64,000 bases of DNA, taken from assembly GCF_033153115.1 (NCBI RefSeq), contig NW_026889768.1, forward strand, positions 2,232,001 through 2,296,000. The letters are read 5' to 3'. A program made the position numbers and the translations under genes. Shown one piece after another: positions 59,801 through 64,000 of the stretch; position 1 is the first letter of the stretch, and each line of letters begins with the position of its first letter. The notes below the pieces were generated by a model. That model worked only from the letters and a program-made list of their open reading frames with translations, was not told the DNA's origin and made no database searches. The stretch is from Saccostrea echinata. Taxonomy: Eukaryota.

Positions 59801-62800
59801 TAGGTGATTATTATGTAATTATGTTCCAAGTTTTTTTGTTTTACTTTCCACGGGAAATAAATTTTGTCCAGGGGAAATAAATACTTTCCAGGGGGAAATA
59901 AATACTTGTAATATCTTGCTATAATCAAATTTCTTTCTTTCTTATAGCATACTTATCTGTTTTACATATTGAAATACCAGCTCTTTGCCACATCTACATG
60001 TATAAATATCTTCTATGTATAAATGTCTTCTCTGTGCCATACTTACCTGTTTCACTATGCCGAACTTACTTGTTTCACATATCATTTCTATAAATACTTT
60101 CTCTGTGCCAAACTAACCTGTTTCACATATAGTTTCTAGAGCTATCCTGACCATTCTGTCTCTCTCAGCTGTTCCATCATTACTTATGGCAACCAATGGA
60201 TAAAACAAGAGATCAGACAATTTCTTGGGTGCAATCTGCAGAATTTTTCTGACTAGTTTAATCCCATGTATTCTTTCTACTTCATTGTCTAAACATAAAT
60301 CTATTGACCTGCAATGCAAGTGGAATTCTTTTAATACAATTTAATTGTGTGGTATCTTTTCTCAACAGTAAGAAAATTTAAATTTCTTATAATTATGACA
60401 ACTACATGTCGTCGAATAGCTGTGCTATAGAAAAAGAAGTAAAAGTGATAAATCCAGTATAAGTTTCTGATAATTAGAAATTGATAATGTCGGGTATGAG
60501 AATATCATAAAACAATCTTAATAAAAGGAAGTGGATTACAAACCTGACAATTAAGTAATCTATGTGGAGAGTGTAAAATAAATCGACGGTCTCTTGGTCC
60601 CGGAGAAAGTACCGCAGCACTCTTAACACTGCTGCCCGCACTTCTTTTGCCTCATGGAATAAACCTACCCTTAAACTGTAAAATATCACATTCTTCAGAA
60701 AAAATACAATATGACCTGACTATAGCCATTCAGTAACATAGGAATTGACAGGCTGAATGAAAATTGATATAAATATTTGCAAAATTTCTCACACAAGTTT
60801 CAGTTTTCAAGTGCTTAAAATTGTTGAGCTCCCTGATGAACTGTCTAAATGAGGTCATTTAAATCTGAACTTCGTTTCTTGATTTTGGATCTCCTTATGA
60901 CAATATAAACACAATTTTTTATTTACTTCTTTCTGAATAAGAACTCAACTATTACTCACCAACACAAAATATCTCTCTTTGTGAAGCCTGAGTATTTGTC
61001 ATTTCCATATTTGAGTAAAAGTTTGACTAAAGCATTCAGGTATGCTAGCTTCTTAGATTTTGGTACACTACTTTGGGAAACTATGACAGCTAAAATCTCT
61101 TTCAAATTTTCATTTGGGTCTGAAAAAGATGTAAAATATTATGAATATGGTGCCAAAACAGTAATTGCTAGTAAAAAAATGTAAGTATCAACCCAAAATC
61201 TTAATATCAACTGCTGTGAATTTTGATCATAGTACTTGCATATAACTAATGGATATAATCAAAAAACTGTCCATTATGTCGGATATTAGATGGTCCAAGG
61301 TGCGTTAGCACTGAGTAGAGTCTAACATCTCAAACAATGGTCAGTTTGAGACTTATAAATTACTTCAAAATTTCACCAATGTCGACTACTCCCCTAGTTA
61401 ACTAAATGGTTCAACTGCTACAGGTAAACTTGTCTCATTCTGCTTGGATGACTTTACTTGGCACTGTTCATTAAGTTAGCCCAAAGAAAACTAGTTTTCA
61501 AAATTATCTCTTAAGTTTTTCAATATTAGGAATCATTATGTCACCTGTTGTATATCGATAAATAAATAGAGGATATTCAATGTTTTGTAGATGAATATGG
61601 AATTTATTTCACGAGTGGGACAGGTTTTTTTGATATTTTCACGAGTGCGAAGCACTCGTGAAAATATCAAAAAATCCTGTCTCACAAGTGAAATAAATTC
61701 CATATTCATCTACAAAACATTGAATTTTCTGTTTATTACATTTTCTTTGATTTTCCCTTTGCCTCTGTCTTTTCTTAACACAGTGTCATAGCTAGGTCTG
61801 ACATCATAGTTGAGCAGTTGAGACGTCATAGCTTAGCAGTTGTGAGATTGAAAACATTACATAGCATGGATTTCAGCAATATATTGGGGAAGAAATTTGC
61901 AGTTTTAGCTCTATCTTATGACAGGCCAGAAATTATTTTTTTACTTACTTTGATATCCTTTCACACTGTGAGAGAATATCATTTTGATATCCTTTCACAC
62001 TGTGAGAGAATATCACTTTTATTCAATAAATTAATCACAGTATTTCACTGTTGAAAATGTAATAAAACTATTAACTTTTTTTAGTCTTATTTTATATCTG
62101 CATTGCGACACTTTTAAATATACTATGCAAGTTCAAAGTTAGTTCTGTTAAATTTTTGATGATTCATTCATGTTTTAAAACAACTACTTTTTCATATTCA
62201 GATATTCTTGACAATATTGTTAATGGAGAACATTAAAATGCAAACTTAAGGTTGAAGTTTTCTGCTGTGAAATTTGGAGAAACTCTTATATTTCGGAGTT
62301 TGCAAGAAACAGTTTCTCAATCATGCAATACAATAGGACTTAAAGGATTTTACCACCCTGTGACACATTCTTTAAGTTTCATTTTTTCCTAGAGATTATT
62401 TCTGATACATTTAAAATTTGCAATAGTTTCTCAAAATAATGCATATATTAACCTTTTGACCCCCTGTCTGTGTTATGGTGTTTTGAATGAATAATCAAAA
62501 TACATGTGAAATGTAAATATTCTCTGTTGTGAAACACAAAATAATCCAGTTTGGTGTTTTTTTTTTAATGTGGTGACAAATTATGTAAATATTGTTCATG
62601 AATATTTTGTTGCTTTAAAGTATTTAAAGAATAAATAACCCATCCTAAATTCCATGATTAATCAAGTTTAATCATGTTAAGGTCAGACGACACGTTCCTC
62701 AAAAATATATAACTTTTCCCAATATTTTATGATTGAAAGATTGATACTTTAAGAAGTTCCTTCACAAAAAATTGGGGTGCATTACCAGACACATGTGCAA

Positions 62801-63548
62801 GATTCTGGAGGATGGTATTTCCTATATAATCCTATACTAGAGATCACTTGAACTGCTTATACCATTGTTTTTGGTGTTTATATTTTTCAAACATTTTGAA
62901 AATAGGTTAGAAATCAAAATATAATGATAATTATAAATATTTTTGGTATATTACAAAGGAATGCAAAAAAGATATTTAAGGAACATGTCGTCTGACCTTA
63001 ATATGCGGTTTTCCCCATTCCTACTCTTCCATATTTTATTCGACAGAGCCTTGGGTCAATTGAAGAAGGTTTCTTAGTATAACAGTGAAGCAGTGGAATT
63101 CCAGCAGATTACAAAGACTTAAAACTGCTTCCTTATTGCTCCCACTTTAATTCAATTCTCCCAAAATAAAACAAAAAGCAAACCTCTACATTTCGTATTT
63201 ACTAAGTTAAGGTTTAATTATGGTCACTCAGAGGATCTGAAACCATTTGTAAGTTTTTTTTTTAAATTGATAAGCACTCCTTTGTTTCTCTGCACAACTA
63301 ATTGGGAATAGTAAAAAGAAAATATTGCATATCTTAAAAAGGAGTACACACCTCTCGAAAAATCAAGCTTCAAAATTTCGTCTGCACTTTCATGTCGAGC
63401 TGAAATGAAGAAAATATGCAATTATTCTGAAAATCTAGAGATTTACTGCTGTGACTTAATACTGATTTATGAAATTGTTCCAGTTTTTACCTCTGAATCG
63501 GCCACTTTTAACGAAAGGTCGACCGCCGTGGCGACCACTGGCCGCCAT
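42978..63548 (-). CDS. RICTOR: Rapamycin-insensitive companion of mTOR (mTORC2 subunit), 35 coding exons
   Basis: Exons 63548-63491, 63399-63352, 61119-60960, 60675-60544, 60308-60118, 59675-59503, 59368-59301, 58890-58823, 58525-58443, 58312-58225, 58050-57960, 57825-57759, 57551-57471, 57316-57216, 56676-56508, 56329-56225, 56079-56033, 55492-55357, 54431-54372, 54137-53989, 53391-53265, 53161-52997, 52286-52131, 52021-51915, 51807-51720, 51223-51131, 48332-48226, 48028-46700, 46472-46304, 46199-46118, 45795-45676, 45414-45247, 45002-44879, 44471-44333, 43091-42978. Motifs: EAKEVRAAVLRVLRY, QLLAPFTDCHY, GFVAEEGK, KKRGPVPSSLYLDQ, WDWDLV, WGMELLVNQLYD, PVHLYGQL, TALWAVGHIGTS, TTSRDAMGYATWRSI, LVINLSSSVG, FRLNARRFVQELF. 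Confidence 0.96.
43131..44010 (+). mobile_element. HINE/Helentron-like element carrying about four 155-bp Cg170-like satellite units
   Basis: Head AAACAGGGGTCCATGGGCTACATCACTCAGCTGAG; repeated GAATCTACACTACCTGAGG..CCCCACCCTA units; tail GGTTGAAATTGGCCCAGTGGTTCT..GTGATCAGAAAAGCTC. Confidence 0.75.
45990..46118 (-). repeat. 33-34-bp repeat (4 copies) starting at the RICTOR exon 30 donor
   Basis: Gene strand A|GTAATCATTATTTTAC(T/A)TGTAAT(T)CTGACA.G.A repeated. Confidence 0.8.
48427..50803 (+). mobile_element. HINE/Helentron-like element with an internal array of about 168-bp satellite units (9-10 copies)
   Basis: Head AACAAGAGGCCCAAGGGCCTTAACGGTCACCTGAG; tandem units at about 48990-50640 (AGAAGAAGATTTT..ATAATGCA..CCATGAA.TTCACAATTTT); (GAC)n microsatellite; terminal palindrome TAGGTCACCTGAGTGACTCAGGTGACCTA (50771-50799); inserted in an A-run. 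Confidence 0.88.
52260..52375 (-). repeat. 41-bp exact duplication of the RICTOR exon 23 acceptor and exon start
   Basis: CAGCTTAATAACGGAACTCAGACAGGGCTGGAAATGTACAA at 52260 and 52329 (period 69). Confidence 0.92.
52545..53009 (-). repeat. 42-bp minisatellite containing the RICTOR exon 22 end and donor
   Basis: Gene-strand unit CTGTGATGTACAG|GTAAGTTTTATCACCTGAGCATTGTATCA, 11 copies. Confidence 0.95.
54121..54270 (-). repeat. 46-bp repeat triplicating the RICTOR exon 20 acceptor
   Basis: ATGATTTTTGTGTAG|ATTG..CAGCAGC with exon-like starts at 54229, 54183 and 54137. Confidence 0.9.
54620..55360 (-). repeat. 33-34-bp minisatellite starting at the RICTOR exon 18 donor and decaying into an AT-rich variant
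   Basis: Gene strand ACAG|GTGGGACT(T)AAGTCTGTTAGGAACCAGTAC, about 12 copies at 54965-55360, then TAATAGA(A/C)TTAGTCT-type 33-bp units down to 54620. Confidence 0.93.
56850..57238 (-). repeat. 32-bp minisatellite containing the RICTOR exon 14 end and donor
   Basis: Gene-strand unit GATCTCACCTCAGCTCAGACATT|GTAAGTTTT, about 8 good copies plus 3-4 decayed distal copies. Confidence 0.93.
60025..60135 (-). repeat. Irregular triplication of the RICTOR exon 5 donor
   Basis: GTGAAACAG|GTTAGT (60118), GTGAAACAA|GTAAGT (about 60070), GTGAAACAG|GTAAGT (about 60047), each followed by ..GGCA.AG. Confidence 0.8.
61561..62066. mobile_element. Non-autonomous element with a 177-bp terminal hairpin (possibly Crypton-type)
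   Basis: 61561-61737 is a near-perfect palindrome around GCGAAGC; TTTATTACATTT is mirrored by AAATGTAATAAA at the far end; internal 35-bp tandem duplication near 61949-62015. Confidence 0.65.
62681..62997. mobile_element. TTAA-targeted MITE (Kolobok-like)
   Basis: TTAA|GGTCAGACGACACGTTCCT ... AGGAACATGTCGTCTGACC|TTAA (18/19 match). Confidence 0.85.
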
Positions 63549-63752
63549 CTTTTTTCTATTACTTCCTACTTTATGTTATGTCGTAGTCAATTAATTCTTT
63601 TTATTTATATATCAGACTGTCTTGGTAAAGTGCAAACTTGAAATGAATAAAGGTTAAATGGCATATTTCAATTTTACTTTTAATGATAAAAAAAGATGAA
63701 GGAAAATTGTATCGTCAGATTACGACAACTGCCAAAATCCGAAAAGAAAAAC
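63549..63752. promoter_or_regulatory. Putative bidirectional promoter RICTOR/DFPase-like
   Basis: Divergent ATGs 204 bp apart; YY1-type AAGATGGCGGC overlaps the RICTOR start codon. Confidence 0.6.
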
Positions 63753-63926
63753 ATGGACCAGATGGAGGTGGTTCAGCCAAAGTTTACAAAACTTTTAGAT
63801 GGCATGATGGGAGCCGAAGGTCCTGTATTTGACAAGGACGCTAATTTCTACATGGTTGCACCTGAGGTAGAGAAAAATGGACGTTTTGCTGGCCAAGTTC
63901 TTCGCATTGATCTGAAGAATAGCAAG
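63753..63926 (+). CDS. Diisopropyl-fluorophosphatase (DFPase)-like six-bladed beta-propeller, first coding exon (gene continues past the window)
   Basis: MEVVQPKFTKLLDGMMGAEGPVFDKDANFYMVAPEVEKNGRFAGQVLRIDLK closely follows the squid DFPase N-terminus as I recall it (EPLFTK..GAEGPVFDKNGDFYIVAPEVE.NG..AGEILRIDLK); donor AAG|GTAAGA at 63927. Confidence 0.88.
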
Positions 63927-64000
63927 GTAAGAGAGAGGGGTAGGGGTATCTTTCACCTGATCATGTGATATATACAGTGTGCGAAAATAACAAGGATGAA

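Overview
AT-rich, intron-rich eukaryotic DNA, most likely a bivalve mollusc (oyster-like: Cg170-like satellite units inside Helentron-type elements and a squid-type DFPase homologue). It holds seven spliced genes in strictly alternating orientation: CCDC33 (3' part, +), ASPSCR1/TUG (-), ERCC6/CSB (+), a serine beta-lactamase-domain protein (-), ATP5F1D (+), RICTOR (-) and the first exon of a DFPase-like beta-propeller (+). They form three tight head-to-head pairs. Exon structures were read by eye from GT/AG sites and reading phase. Introns carry many non-autonomous DNA transposons (hAT, Kolobok-like, pogo/Tigger-like, Harbinger remnant, Helentron/HINE-like, foldbacks) and a tRNA-derived SINE lies between two genes. 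The most striking unexplained pattern is that about a dozen unrelated tandem repeats, in five different genes, each begin exactly at an exon boundary and re-copy the donor or acceptor site into the intron. These arrays of spare splice sites mostly lead to premature stops. Other notable items: a pair of mutually exclusive 89-nt exons in CCDC33, a probable GC-AG intron in ASPSCR1, and strong enrichment of the palindrome TACATGTA.
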